The position numbers and the translations under genes were made by a program. From NCBI GenBank assembly GCA_963792965.1, contig CAWBYW010000009.1:32001-96000 (forward strand): 64,000 nucleotides of DNA. The letters are read 5' to 3'. The DNA comes from an uncultured delta proteobacterium (GTDB lineage: Bacteria; Desulfobacterota; Zymogenia; Zymogenales; Zymogenaceae). Shown here piece by piece: positions 16,868-26,565 of the stretch. The first letter of the stretch is position 1. Every line of letters starts with the position of its first letter. The notes under the pieces are model-generated. The model ran no database searches. It had not been told where the DNA came from and saw only the letters and a program-made list of their open reading frames with translations.

Positions 16868-18100
16868 CTACTCGTAGCGGATCGCCTCCACCGGGTCCAT
16901 CCGCGAGGCGTGCCAGGCGGGGTAGAGGGTGCAGACGAGGCATATGAAGAGCGACGCGATCGAGATGATCAGGACGTCCGATGCCGCGACTTTCACCGGC
17001 AGCGTCGTGAAGTAATAGATTTTCGGGTCGAGGTCGATGAACCGGTACCGCGCAAGCAACAGGCACATGGCCCAGCCGGACAGGAGCCCCAGCGCCGTCC
17101 CGATGACCCCGATGGTCATCCCCTCCCACACGAATATCCGCATGATCGCGCCCTTCGTGGCCCCCATGGTGCGCAGGATCGCGATGTCCTTTTTCTTTTC
17201 CATGACCAGCATGATGAGCGTCGCCGCGATGTTGAACGCCGCCACGCAGACGATCATCGTCAGGATGATGAAGAGCGTCACCTTCTGCAGCGAGAGCGTC
17301 GCAAAGAGGTTCCTGTTCATCTCCATCCAGTCGATCGCGTAAAACGGAAACGAGAGCTTTGCGGAAATGAGCCTTCCGATCGACCGCGCCTGGTAGACGT
17401 CGGCAAGCCTCACCTCGACGCCGGTGATGGTGTCGCCGAACTCCAGGAAATCCTGCGCGGCGGGAAGCGAGATGTAGGCAAACGTGGAGTTATACTCGAA
17501 CATCCCCGCGTCGAAGAGCCCCACTACGCGGAACTGCCGCATCTTCGGGGTCATCCCCAGCGGCGTCATCTGTCCCCCCACGGGGGAAAGCAGTATCACC
17601 GAATCGCCCTTCGCCACCCCGAGCGCCTTGGCAAGCTCCGTGCCGAGGATGATCCCGGGCTGCCCGCCCTCTTTCGTAGTCAGATCGTTCAGGTTCCCGG
17701 AGACGAGATCTCTCTTCAGCGAAATGACGGACGGCGCGGTGGCAACGTCTATCCCCCTGAGCACCGAGCCCTCAATCTTCCCGTTGCTTGACGAAAGCAT
17801 CACCTGTGTCTGGATGAAGGGGGTCGAGGCGACGATCCCGGGGATGTCCTTGATCTGGTCCATCACCGAGCGATAATCGTTAAAGACCGACGCCTCCTTG
17901 AGGACGACGAGGTGGGCGTAGGCCCCCAGGATCTTGCCGGTGAGCTGCTCGGTGAACCCGGTCATGACCGAGTTGACGACGATGAGCGCCGCCACCCCCA
18001 GCGCCACGGAGCCGATCGAGATGATGGTGATGATGGAGATGAAGGCCTGTTTCCGCTTCGACTTCAGGTAGCGCCGGCTGATGAAAAACTCGTATCGCAT
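16868..18100 (-). CDS. Second LolC/E-family permease
   Basis: Colinear paralog of 5669..6898 (RYLKSKRKQAFISII ... ASRMDPVEAIRYE). Confidence 0.9.
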   Translation of the reverse strand: MRYEFFISRRYLKSKRKQAFISIITIISIGSVALGVAALIVVNSVMTGFTEQLTGKILGAYAHLVVLKEASVFNDYRSVMDQIKDIPGIVASTPFIQTQVMLSSSNGKIEGSVLRGIDVATAPSVISLKRDLVSGNLNDLTTKEGGQPGIILGTELAKALGVAKGDSVILLSPVGGQMTPLGMTPKMRQFRVVGLFDAGMFEYNSTFAYISLPAAQDFLEFGDTITGVEVRLADVYQARSIGRLISAKLSFPFYAIDWMEMNRNLFATLSLQKVTLFIILTMIVCVAAFNIAATLIMLVMEKKKDIAILRTMGATKGAIMRIFVWEGMTIGVIGTALGLLSGWAMCLLLARYRFIDLDPKIYYFTTLPVKVAASDVLIISIASLFICLVCTLYPAWHASRMDPVEAIRYE

Positions 18101-18121
18101 GATGTTGTGTTTCCGTCCCTT

Positions 18122-18604
18122 CTATGAGCTCTTTCTCGTCGCCGACTTGTCGGAAACGCGGGCCCGGAAGAGCCCGAGCGCCGCCATGACGTTGAGAGCA
18201 AGCCCGAAGAGGTTGAGGGCGACCGCCACCCCCCACGCCACGATCGAATCGTAGAGGAACATGCGGCCGGTCGTCAGGTTGACGATGTGCGTGACCACCC
18301 CGCCGAACCCGAGGGCGATCACGGCCAGCGCCATCAGGATGCGGTAGATCGTGACGTAGTTAAGCAGCGCGGGGACCAGGCACGCCCCGTAGACCAGCAT
18401 GACGACCATCCCCTTGACCGGCTCCGTTGCGGACAGCGGATGTCCGCCGCACCTCACAAGAATGAGGCTGAGGGCATTGTAGCCGATCCCGAGGGCGCAA
18501 TAGACGACCTGCAGCACCAGAAGGGTCGAAAGCGACGGGCCCCCCGCGTTGCCCTGCGCACCCCGTTTAGTATTCTTTTTGACTTTAGGCATATCGTCCA
18601 CCAC
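18122..18604 (-). CDS. Hypothetical membrane protein (about 4 TM)
   Basis: Four hydrophobic segments; co-oriented with neighbours. Confidence 0.7.
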   Translation of the reverse strand: MVDDMPKVKKNTKRGAQGNAGGPSLSTLLVLQVVYCALGIGYNALSLILVRCGGHPLSATEPVKGMVVMLVYGACLVPALLNYVTIYRILMALAVIALGFGGVVTHIVNLTTGRMFLYDSIVAWGVAVALNLFGLALNVMAALGLFRARVSDKSATRKSS

Positions 18605-18655
18605 TAAAAATAGAGGACAAAATTATCTCATCGCCGTATTGCCGGTCCCTCCGCG

Positions 18656-19968
18656 TCATTTCCGGCCTTCTTTTGAGACCCTGGCCAGATCGCGGTCGTG
18701 GAAGCGCGCCGCCATGAAAAAGAGGAACGCGCCTAAGAACGCGACCGCCGGGACGAACATGAAGGCCTCGGTCAGGTTCGGCTTGCCGGGAGTCCCCAGG
18801 TGGTCGGAGAGCCACCCCACGGCAACCGGGGCGTAGGCCGCCATCGTCCCGTAGGTGATGAGCACGAGGAGTCCCATGCTGATGCTCCGCATCGACGCCG
18901 GCACGAGGTCCTGGGTAACGGCATAGGCGGGGGCCGTATAGGCAAACATCAACACCCCCGCGATCATAAACAATAGGTACGAGGCCTCAAATACCCGGCC
19001 CAGGTCCGTGAAAAAGCCGAGGTACAAAAAGACGCCGAGTAATAGCGAAATCACGGCGGCCGTGAGCGGCCGCGCGTTCTTCCGTTTCCGCTTCCATACG
19101 TCGGCAAGGATCCCCCCAAGGATGGGGCCGATGCACGCAACCAGGATGATCCCCCCCATCAAGAGAGAGGCCTTGGCCACGTTGATGCCCCTGGTGCGGA
19201 CAAAATAGGTCGGCAGCCAGTAGCCCACCGCTCCCCCGACGAAGCTCAGCGCCCCCACCCCGAAGGAGGCAAAGAGGAGGGTCGGGGTCCTGAAGAAGAG
19301 GAGGAGCCCCTTGCCCACGCCGATGCTCTCCCCCCCGTGCCCCCCGCAGCGGGCGCGGGCGTGGTCCAGTCGCGCGTGAAGAGGACAAGGATACCCAACA
19401 GAATCCCGGGAATGGCGAACAGGAAAAACGGAGAGCGCCAGCCCATCCCCCAGAGGTTCGCCTGGGCAACCACGCCGGCGATCACGATGCCGAGGATCGA
19501 GCCCAGCGGTTGGCCGAGGTTGAAGACCCCGAGGACTTTGGCCCGCGACGCCTCCGGAAACGACCCCGAGGCGTAGGCGATCCCACCGGGGGCAAACCCC
19601 GCCTCCCCCACCCCGACCCCGCCCCGGGCCAGGAAGAGGGGCGAGAATCTGCTCCCCATCCCGGTGAAGAAGGTGGCGGCGCTCCAGAGAATCGCCATGA
19701 TCGACAGCGACTTCTTGCGGCCCCACCGGTCGCAGAGGATCGCGGCCGGCAGCGTGAGCACGGCAACGATGATGAAATATATCGTCCCGAGCCATCCGCA
19801 CTGGGCGTCCGTCAGCATAAGGTCAGCTTTGATAAGCGGGAGCGTGGCCGACAGCACCATCCGGTCCATGTAGTTGACGACGTAAAGACACGTGACGACG
19901 ACCAGCGTGAAGACGGCCCACGGGCCGCCGACCGTAAACGGAGGGGTGGTGGTGTTACGTTGTTTCAT
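18656..19968 (-). CDS. MFS transporter, spinster-like (frameshift at ~19330)
   Basis: NYMDRMVL, CDRWGRKK, GVGEA in ORF 19246..19980; C-terminal half in ORF 18656..19801. Confidence 0.85.
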
Positions 19969-19990
19969 ATGATCTCCCAAATCCCGCCCG

Positions 19991-21157
19991 TCAGGCGGTA
20001 ATCGTCAATGCCTCGAGGGTATCGGGCGCATCGGTGAGCCTCACGTTGCCGCTTGCGGTGATCAATACCGAGTCCGAATGCCGGAAGCCCCCCTTGCCCG
20101 GGATATAGATGCCCGGCTCGATGGAGATGAGCATGCCGGGCTTGAGCGTGCGGTCGTCGCCAAGCGCCAGGTAGGGCGCCTCGTGCCCCGTGATCCCGAG
20201 CCCGTGCCCCGTCCGGTGCAGGATGTTGCCCTCGTACCCCGCCTTTATGATGACCTCCCTGACGCGCCGGTCGATCTCCGAGAGAACGGCGCCGGGCTTT
20301 GCCAGCTCGTAGCCGAGGGCGCGCGCCTCCATCATGACCGCAAAGGGTTTCTTGGCCGACTCGGGGACTTTTTTCAGAAAGAAGCTCCTCTCCATCTCCA
20401 TCCCGTAGCCGTCCGCCTGGGCCGTCACGATAGAGACATGGGGCCCTCCCTCTTCCATCGGGAGGTAGGGGGTCGGGACGCGGTGCGGGTCGTGCGAGAT
20501 GGAGGGGGGCCACACCGCCCCCACGAAGCGGGAAACGATGAGGTTTGCCTCCGGGATCTCGGTGAGCACCTTGCCCATCATGGCGCGCACCACCTCGCCG
20601 TAGATGGCGATCTCGAGCACACCCGATCTCGTCACCTCAAGGAGTTTTGCGTGCCCGAAGCTCACGACGTCGGAGGCGTGCACCGAGCGGCCGATCTCAT
20701 AGTCCGTCTTAATGAGGCGGACGTCATCGATGATATCCTCGATGACGACTTTCCCGGGGGTCTCCGTGAATATCCCGACCGGCATCGCCGGCTCCACCCC
20801 CACGTGGGCCGTTTCCGGTATCATCTCTTTGTAGAGGTCAAACCAGTTCTCGCCCTTGGGCGCCGGAAACTCGTAATAGGTGACGTACTCGAGGTCGCAC
20901 CGGGCCCGCGCCTTGACGTGGGTTGACTCCAGGAGCGGGCAGAGCATAGTGGGAGTCCCCGTTTTCGGTATCACGAGGATAAAGGGGCGCTCGTGCACGT
21001 TGTTGGCGAAATTGGTCAGGTAGTAGACGTTGACCGGATCGAACGAGACGTAATAATCAAGGTTCTTCTCTCTCATCTTCTCCCGGACGCGCGAAAGGCG
21101 CCCGTTGAGCTCGGCTTTATCCGGGGGCGTGGTGATGGGTTTGGGTTTTTCGGACAT
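19991..21157 (-). CDS. Xaa-Pro peptidase family (M24)
   Basis: Creatinase N-domain; HRTGHGLG, HEAP, SIEPGIY, GFRHSD. Confidence 0.92.
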   Translation of the reverse strand: MSEKPKPITTPPDKAELNGRLSRVREKMREKNLDYYVSFDPVNVYYLTNFANNVHERPFILVIPKTGTPTMLCPLLESTHVKARARCDLEYVTYYEFPAPKGENWFDLYKEMIPETAHVGVEPAMPVGIFTETPGKVVIEDIIDDVRLIKTDYEIGRSVHASDVVSFGHAKLLEVTRSGVLEIAIYGEVVRAMMGKVLTEIPEANLIVSRFVGAVWPPSISHDPHRVPTPYLPMEEGGPHVSIVTAQADGYGMEMERSFFLKKVPESAKKPFAVMMEARALGYELAKPGAVLSEIDRRVREVIIKAGYEGNILHRTGHGLGITGHEAPYLALGDDRTLKPGMLISIEPGIYIPGKGGFRHSDSVLITASGNVRLTDAPDTLEALTITA

Positions 21158-21281
21158 TGTTTCACCTCATAGGGACTCATCTGTGTGAAGGGTCACATGA
21201 CTGACGGGGCCCGCTCGACCGCTACCGGCTGCCGTATCCCGCATCCGTGACGGGGCGGCCGCATACGATATTTTCCGCCGC

Positions 21282-21704
21282 CTACTTTGCCGGATCATCG
21301 ATGACGATGGTCCCGGCCGCCAGGTCCCCGACCCGGTAGCCGTTGGGGTCCACGATAAGATAATAGGTCTCAAACGCGACGATGAGAAGCCCGACGACAC
21401 AGATCATCACCCAGCGGAGGTACGGGACAAGGTAAAAGAGATAGATGATCGCGTAGATCGAGTTCCTGACCAGCGAATCCTTGAAGGTGATGGGAGACCC
21501 GTCCTCGGCACGCACAACCCTGAGCCCGATGACCCGCTTTCCGAGGCTTCTCCCTCCCAAGAGCCCGTCCGCGATGGCGATATAGGTCGCCCCCATGAGC
21601 ACCCCGATCGGAAAGAGCACCATACAAAAGGCCGCGCCGATCAGAAAGTCGATAAGCCGCGCAAGCAGTCGATGGGTCAGATCAGCCTTCTTCAGTGTGG
21701 TCAT
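21282..21704 (-). CDS. RDD family membrane protein
   Basis: RLLARLID, SLGKRVIGLRVV, RVGDLAAGT. Confidence 0.9.
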   Translation of the reverse strand: MTTLKKADLTHRLLARLIDFLIGAAFCMVLFPIGVLMGATYIAIADGLLGGRSLGKRVIGLRVVRAEDGSPITFKDSLVRNSIYAIIYLFYLVPYLRWVMICVVGLLIVAFETYYLIVDPNGYRVGDLAAGTIVIDDPAK

Positions 21705-21936
21705 CGTCGTCTTCCCTTATAAAGAAGATAAAGGCCATGGAGGGCCGCCGGCTGGCCTGCCCCATGGCAAAGGTGATTCCGTTGAATATCCATCCCTCTT
21801 TCGCGTAGCTGTTGACGGCCTCTTCGATCGTCTCTTCGGTGACGATGGAAAGCTCCTTGACCTTATAGGTAAGCATCGCGTCCGGGTTTACGTCCTCTTT
21901 CCGGGGGGTGCACGGCCGCCCACCCTTCCCGTTCAC
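21682..21936 (-). CDS. Small DUF4177-like protein
   Basis: YKVKEL...IEEAVNSYAKEGW...FIFFIRE pattern; start may be 21876. Confidence 0.7.
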   Translation of the reverse strand: MNGKGGRPCTPRKEDVNPDAMLTYKVKELSIVTEETIEEAVNSYAKEGWIFNGITFAMGQASRRPSMAFIFFIREDDDDHTEEG

Positions 21937-22391
21937 GGCGTCTCAGGCGGCATGTCGAACACGGCCCTGATCTTGTAGGTCTTGACCGCGCCGAGGCGCA
22001 CCACCGTGATCCCCGCCTTTCGCTCGATCTCTTCCACGGTCTGTGCGAGCTCCTTCGTATCCTTACCCCACACGGTGAACCAGAGGTTGAGCGGGCCCTC
22101 CCGCTCGTAGTTGTGCGTCACCTGACCAAACGAGCCGACGACCGCGGCAACCCTTTCGATCCGTCCTTCGGGCACCGTTGCGGCGCAGAGCATCGTCTTG
22201 GCGCCGAGCGATTTAGCGTCCAGGACCGCCCCGATCCTGCGGATCACCCCGGCGTGCTTAAGGGCCCCTATCCGGGAGATCACCTCCCCCTCGGTGAGGC
22301 CCACTTTTTCGGCGATTTCGGCGAAGGGCCGCCGTACGAGGGGAAATCGTCCCTGGATAATCGTAAGGATCTCTCTGTCGGTATCGTCCAC
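21933..22391 (-). CDS. ahbA: Siroheme decarboxylase alpha subunit (AhbA/NirD-like, AsnC fold)
   Basis: FPLVRRPF, GVIRRIG, VTHNYER, NLWFT motifs. Confidence 0.8.
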   Translation of the reverse strand: MDDTDREILTIIQGRFPLVRRPFAEIAEKVGLTEGEVISRIGALKHAGVIRRIGAVLDAKSLGAKTMLCAATVPEGRIERVAAVVGSFGQVTHNYEREGPLNLWFTVWGKDTKELAQTVEEIERKAGITVVRLGAVKTYKIRAVFDMPPETP

Positions 22392-22468
22392 GGTGCTTCT
22401 TCGCGGTCGTTCACGGTCTCGTGACGGCCGCTCGCGTTATATATATAGTAATTCAGGATATTTGTTTT

Positions 22469-22496
22469 ATTATAGAGGAAGAGGGTCTTTTGTCAA
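22469..22496 (-). promoter_or_regulatory. Consensus sigma70 promoter for the ahbA operon
   Basis: TTGACA-16 nt-TATAAT on the minus strand. Confidence 0.65.
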
Positions 22497-22819
22497 TGCA
22501 AAAAGGGGGAGAGCGGCCGGGATCGCGGCGCCCGCTCCCACCCGCCGTGATAGGGGTGCCGCAGAACGCGACGTAGCCCGTGTAGAAGCTCCCCTTCACG
22601 GGCGTTTCTCAGATATCCCCGGATCCGCTTTATCCTCGCACAGGCCGGCCGGACCGTCCCCTTCCACCCTTTCCGGATAGCTCCCGGGAGATGTCTATAG
22701 AGACAATCAGGCCATGGTGCAGCAGATCTCGTCGAAGGGGATTGGTATTCCTATCCGTCTGAGACGTCCCTATTATGACGCGGCCGGTCCAGAGTTGAAA
22801 ATCGCACACGTGGCCCCGC

Positions 22820-23387
22820 CTATCCGAGTTTCCTGATCCACTCGACCAGGGCGACGAGAAGCTCCCGTATCTTTTCCCGTGCCGTCTCGTCGGTGAGCCT
22901 GCCGGTCTCGTCAAACTTCTCTTTCGCTGCCGGAACCATGATCTCCGGACGGTTCAGAGGAAGCGCGTTGAGAAAGACCAGCGTCTGCCGCAGGTGATAC
23001 TGGGCCCTGGCACCGCCGAGCATGCCGATGGAAGCGCTCATGATGGCGACCGGTTTTCCGTCAAAGGGGCTTGTCCCGTACGGCCTGGACGCCGCATCGA
23101 TGGCGTTCTTAAGGACCCCGGGAATCGAATAGTTATACTCGGGGGTTACGATCAGCAGTCCATCGGCCGCCTTGATCTTTTCCTTGAGCGCCTTCACCCT
23201 TTCATGTGGACTACTCTCTAAATCCTGATTGAAGACAGGAATGCCTTCGAGGTCGAAGATCTCAAGCTCCACGTCTTCGGGAGCAAGCTTCACGCGCCGC
23301 TTTCAGGAGCATCTTGTTATAGGACCCCTTTCTGAGGCTTCCCGCAAAACCTAAAACTTTGATCTTTTTGCCGTCTCTACTATCCAT
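22820..23387 (-). CDS. NADPH-dependent FMN reductase (frameshift at ~23295)
   Basis: Upstream frame MDSRDGKKIKVLGFAGSLRKGSYN; TPEYNYSIPGVLKNAID; GGARAQYHLRQ. Confidence 0.88.
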
Positions 23388-23594
23388 GTCGCACCTCCTG
23401 GCAAGTGACATTCTCTATCGTCTAAGTTATCCACTGATGTTGTGAAAGTCAAGGTTAACTAATTCAGATCACGTCCGACGAGTGGGGTTCGCCGCCCGCC
23501 ATAAAAAGGGGGCTCACGCCAAGGCGCGAGTCCCTGATCTTTCCGAAAGCCGGACGGGAGGCCACCCCCCGATCCTTCCCCTGCCGGCCTTTTC

Positions 23595-24194
23595 TCATCT
23601 ATCCCTTTTCTCAAAGACCACGGCCCTGCCGAAAAATACTCGCGGGTATGCGACGGGGACCAGGCCCGCCCTCCCAGCTCGGTCGATCAGGCGAAGAAAG
23701 TGGCCCTTCGTCGTGTGAAAAAGCGGCTCGGCGACAAAGAAACGGCCCCCCGTCCTCAGGGCCTCGGATATCTCGGCAAGAAAGGCCGCCATATCCGGCA
23801 CCTCATGTACCATGAAGAACGCGACCGCAAAATCGACCGGCCCCTTAACACCGACCCGATCCGGCCCGCACACATGCGTCCGGATCCGCCCGGAGAGTCC
23901 CGCTTCTTTTGCCCGCGCCTCCACCATCTTGAGCATCTCGGGCTGGAGATCGGCGGCGATCACCCGCCCACCCTCTCCGACCAGCCGGGCAAGTCCGAGA
24001 GAGGCAAATCCACCCCCGCAGCCGACGTCCAGGACAGTCATCCGCGGCCGGACGTACGGCCCGAAGAGCGTCGCCGTATTGTGGATGAGCGGACGGAGGA
24101 AATTATCGAGATGCCTGACACGTGAGTATCCTCGCCACGGGCAGATCCCCTTATTCCCTGACCGCGGTGCGCTCATGGCTCCTCCCTCTTCCAT
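23595..24194 (-). CDS. Class I SAM-dependent methyltransferase
   Basis: VLDVGCGGG, ADLQPEML, HEVPD. Confidence 0.9.
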   Translation of the reverse strand: MEEGGAMSAPRSGNKGICPWRGYSRVRHLDNFLRPLIHNTATLFGPYVRPRMTVLDVGCGGGFASLGLARLVGEGGRVIAADLQPEMLKMVEARAKEAGLSGRIRTHVCGPDRVGVKGPVDFAVAFFMVHEVPDMAAFLAEISEALRTGGRFFVAEPLFHTTKGHFLRLIDRAGRAGLVPVAYPRVFFGRAVVFEKRDR

Positions 24195-24206
24195 CGAAAC
24201 CTCCTC

Positions 24207-24229
24207 TATTGTTTAGCTTCTAAATAATA
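24207..24229. promoter_or_regulatory. Putative MarR operator upstream of the methyltransferase
   Basis: Near-palindrome TATTGTTTAG-CTT-CTAAATAATA. Confidence 0.6.
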
Positions 24230-24242
24230 TAGCGAAAAAAAA

Positions 24243-24718
24243 CTACCGGTCCTTCATGCGCTTCTCGTAGAGGGAAAGGATCGACGAAAGGTCTCTGGCC
24301 AGCTCACCAAATTGCTCGAGATGCGACGCCAGCCTCTCACCGTAGTAGTCGCGAAGAATGGCCAGCATCTGCCGGTGGAACGCCTCGTGGTTCTCAAAGG
24401 CCCGCCTCCCGAGATCGGTAAGTCCCGTGATGACCTCCTTTTCATTTCCCGATATCGTACCTTTTCAACGAGTCCCTTCTTTACGAGCCTTCCCAGCATC
24501 TGGGACACCGCTCCCTTGGTGACCCCCATCCTTTCGGCAAGCCGGGTCACGTTTGTCCCCGGGTTTCTCCCGATCGTCTCGATGGTATGTATCTCCGAGC
24601 GATACAGAGGGATCCCTGCGCCGAAATCAAAACGGGGTGTATGGAGCGATTGCGCCCGCGCGATCAGGCGGCTTACCTCCTCCATCACCCGCTCGAATGT
24701 TGCCAGGTCGTTGTCCAT
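24243..24718 (-). CDS. MarR family regulator (frameshift at ~24450)
   Basis: SEIHTI, LAERMGVTKGAVSQML wHTH; shifted frame continues GNEKEVITGLTDLGRRAFENHEAFH to a stop at 24243. Confidence 0.85.
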
Positions 24719-24722
24719 GAAG

Positions 24723-24743
24723 ATAGTATAGCACCTAAACTAT
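24723..24743. promoter_or_regulatory. Putative MarR autoregulatory operator
   Basis: Near-palindrome ATAGTATAG-CAC-CTAAACTAT with the same core as 24207. Confidence 0.6.
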
Positions 24744-24834
24744 TTACGTCAACTCTTTTCGTCTCAGCAAGATTCCCTCCATCGGCGCCGAGGCCGCCCC
24801 CGGACTCCCGCACGCGGGAGCCCGGGGCATGATC

Positions 24835-24864
24835 TTGACAGAGGGATGCCGCACGGAGTATAAG
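24835..24864 (+). promoter_or_regulatory. Putative sigma70 promoter
   Basis: TTGACA-18 nt-TATAAG. Confidence 0.5.
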
Positions 24865-24965
24865 GGTCTGAGGGCGTGCTGTATGTCGGATCGAGCGCCC
24901 GTGCATTACCGGACCCCGCCGGTATGCTTTCTCAATCCGATATCGTATATTATAAGGAGCGTCCC

Positions 24966-25907
24966 ATGGAAGCAAAAGATGTGAAGAAGTGTCTGGTCGT
25001 CGGGGCGGGCGTGATGGGTCATTCCATCGCCCAGGTCTTTGCGACGGCGGGCATCGAAGTCGGCCTCGTAGACCTCAATGAAAAGGCCCTGGACCAGGCG
25101 ATGAAGATGATCTCGGCCGACCTCAAGACCCTTTCCGACTTCGGCCGCGTTGACCCGGCTGCGCTGCCCGCCATCCAAAAGCGCATCCATCCCTCGACCG
25201 ATATCGCCACATCCGCCGCGGACGTCGATTTCGCGCTCGAGGCGGTGGTGGAGGTCCCCGAGGTAAAGCAGAAGATATTTTCCGACCTCGACGCCTATAC
25301 GCCACCGCGCGCCGTCCTGGCCAGCAACACCTCGGGGCTTGAGATCTTCAATTTCCTCCAGACGAAAGACCCCTCGCGCGTTGTCATCTCTCACTGGTTT
25401 GCCCCGCCCCACATCATCCCGCTGGTCGAGGTCGTCCCCGGTCCGCAGACGGCCCCCGGGGTGGTCGAATTCACCGCATCCCTCATGAAGCGGCTCGGCA
25501 AGCGCCCGGTCGTCATGCGCGAGTTCGTCCGCTCGTTTATCGTCAACCGGATCCAGAACTATATATTCATGGCGGTCATGGAGACGCTCGACAAGGGGTG
25601 GGCCACCCCCGAGGAGATAGACTACGCGGTAAAGATGAGCCTCGGCGTGCGGCTTCCGATCGTGGGCGTGGTGCAGACCTACGACTTCACGGGGCTCGAC
25701 GTCGTGTTGGACCTCATCAAGAGCTACGGCATGAGCTATCCGATCATCGAAAAGAAGGTCACGGAGGGAAATCTCGGCGCGAAGACCGGAAAGGGGCTCT
25801 TCGATTACAAGGGGAGGACTCCGGAAGAGATCATCAGGAAGCGGGACGAGCTCTACATCAAGATGGGCGATTTCCTGGAGGAGCTCAACGGCTTCGGCCC
25901 GGTGTGA
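24966..25907 (+). CDS. 3-hydroxyacyl-CoA dehydrogenase family protein
   Basis: GAGVMG Rossmann motif, EAVVE, ASNTS, HWFAPP, FIVNR, GAKTGKG; AAGGAG SD. Confidence 0.93.
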   Translation: MEAKDVKKCLVVGAGVMGHSIAQVFATAGIEVGLVDLNEKALDQAMKMISADLKTLSDFGRVDPAALPAIQKRIHPSTDIATSAADVDFALEAVVEVPEVKQKIFSDLDAYTPPRAVLASNTSGLEIFNFLQTKDPSRVVISHWFAPPHIIPLVEVVPGPQTAPGVVEFTASLMKRLGKRPVVMREFVRSFIVNRIQNYIFMAVMETLDKGWATPEEIDYAVKMSLGVRLPIVGVVQTYDFTGLDVVLDLIKSYGMSYPIIEKKVTEGNLGAKTGKGLFDYKGRTPEEIIRKRDELYIKMGDFLEELNGFGPV

Positions 25908-25978
25908 GGCTCCTGCACGGATTTCGCATGTGTACGGCCGGGCGGGCCGTCTCGGGACGATCGAAAAGGAAATTCCCT

Positions 25979-26428
25979 ATGTACAAAGCAACGGAAATGG
26001 AGCTTGTCGAAGAGATCCGGGAAATGGTCGACCGGGAAACCGAGGCATGGGACAAGAAAGACGCCGATGCGCTCCTTTCGTTGTTCCATCCCGACATGGT
26101 GTGGCCGTGGCCGCCCGACAACCGGTCACACGACCCGATGACGTGGGTATTCGTCCAGGGGAAGTACGACCGCAAGAGATGGCACGATGGGTGGCAACGG
26201 CTGTTTGATACGCACGATCTTGTCCATAACCGGCGCAAGACCCTCCGCATCGAGGTTTCGGCCCAGGGAGACGGCGCGCTCGCCGTGGTCGACGTCGACA
26301 CACTATGGATAGACAGGGCGACCGGGGAGAAGCTTCACTGGAAAGGGCGTGCGGCCAAAGGCTATACGAAGACCTCCGACGGCTGGAAACTGATCATGCA
26401 TACGGGGCTTCTCGATTACGGAAAGTAA
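25979..26428 (+). CDS. SnoaL/NTF2-like protein
   Basis: AWDKKDADALLSLFHPD ... GWKLIMH pattern. Confidence 0.8.
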   Translation: MYKATEMELVEEIREMVDRETEAWDKKDADALLSLFHPDMVWPWPPDNRSHDPMTWVFVQGKYDRKRWHDGWQRLFDTHDLVHNRRKTLRIEVSAQGDGALAVVDVDTLWIDRATGEKLHWKGRAAKGYTKTSDGWKLIMHTGLLDYGK

Positions 26429-26565
26429 CCCGCTCTCGATGGGGGAAGACCCCCGGCGGCCCCGGCGCCGGTGCCCCTCCGTCCGGCGCGGATTAAGGCT
26501 TGCGGACCGGCGGTGCCTGTCCGTTTTTCGCGCATCTCAGCACAATCACTTCCGTGCTTCCCGGA

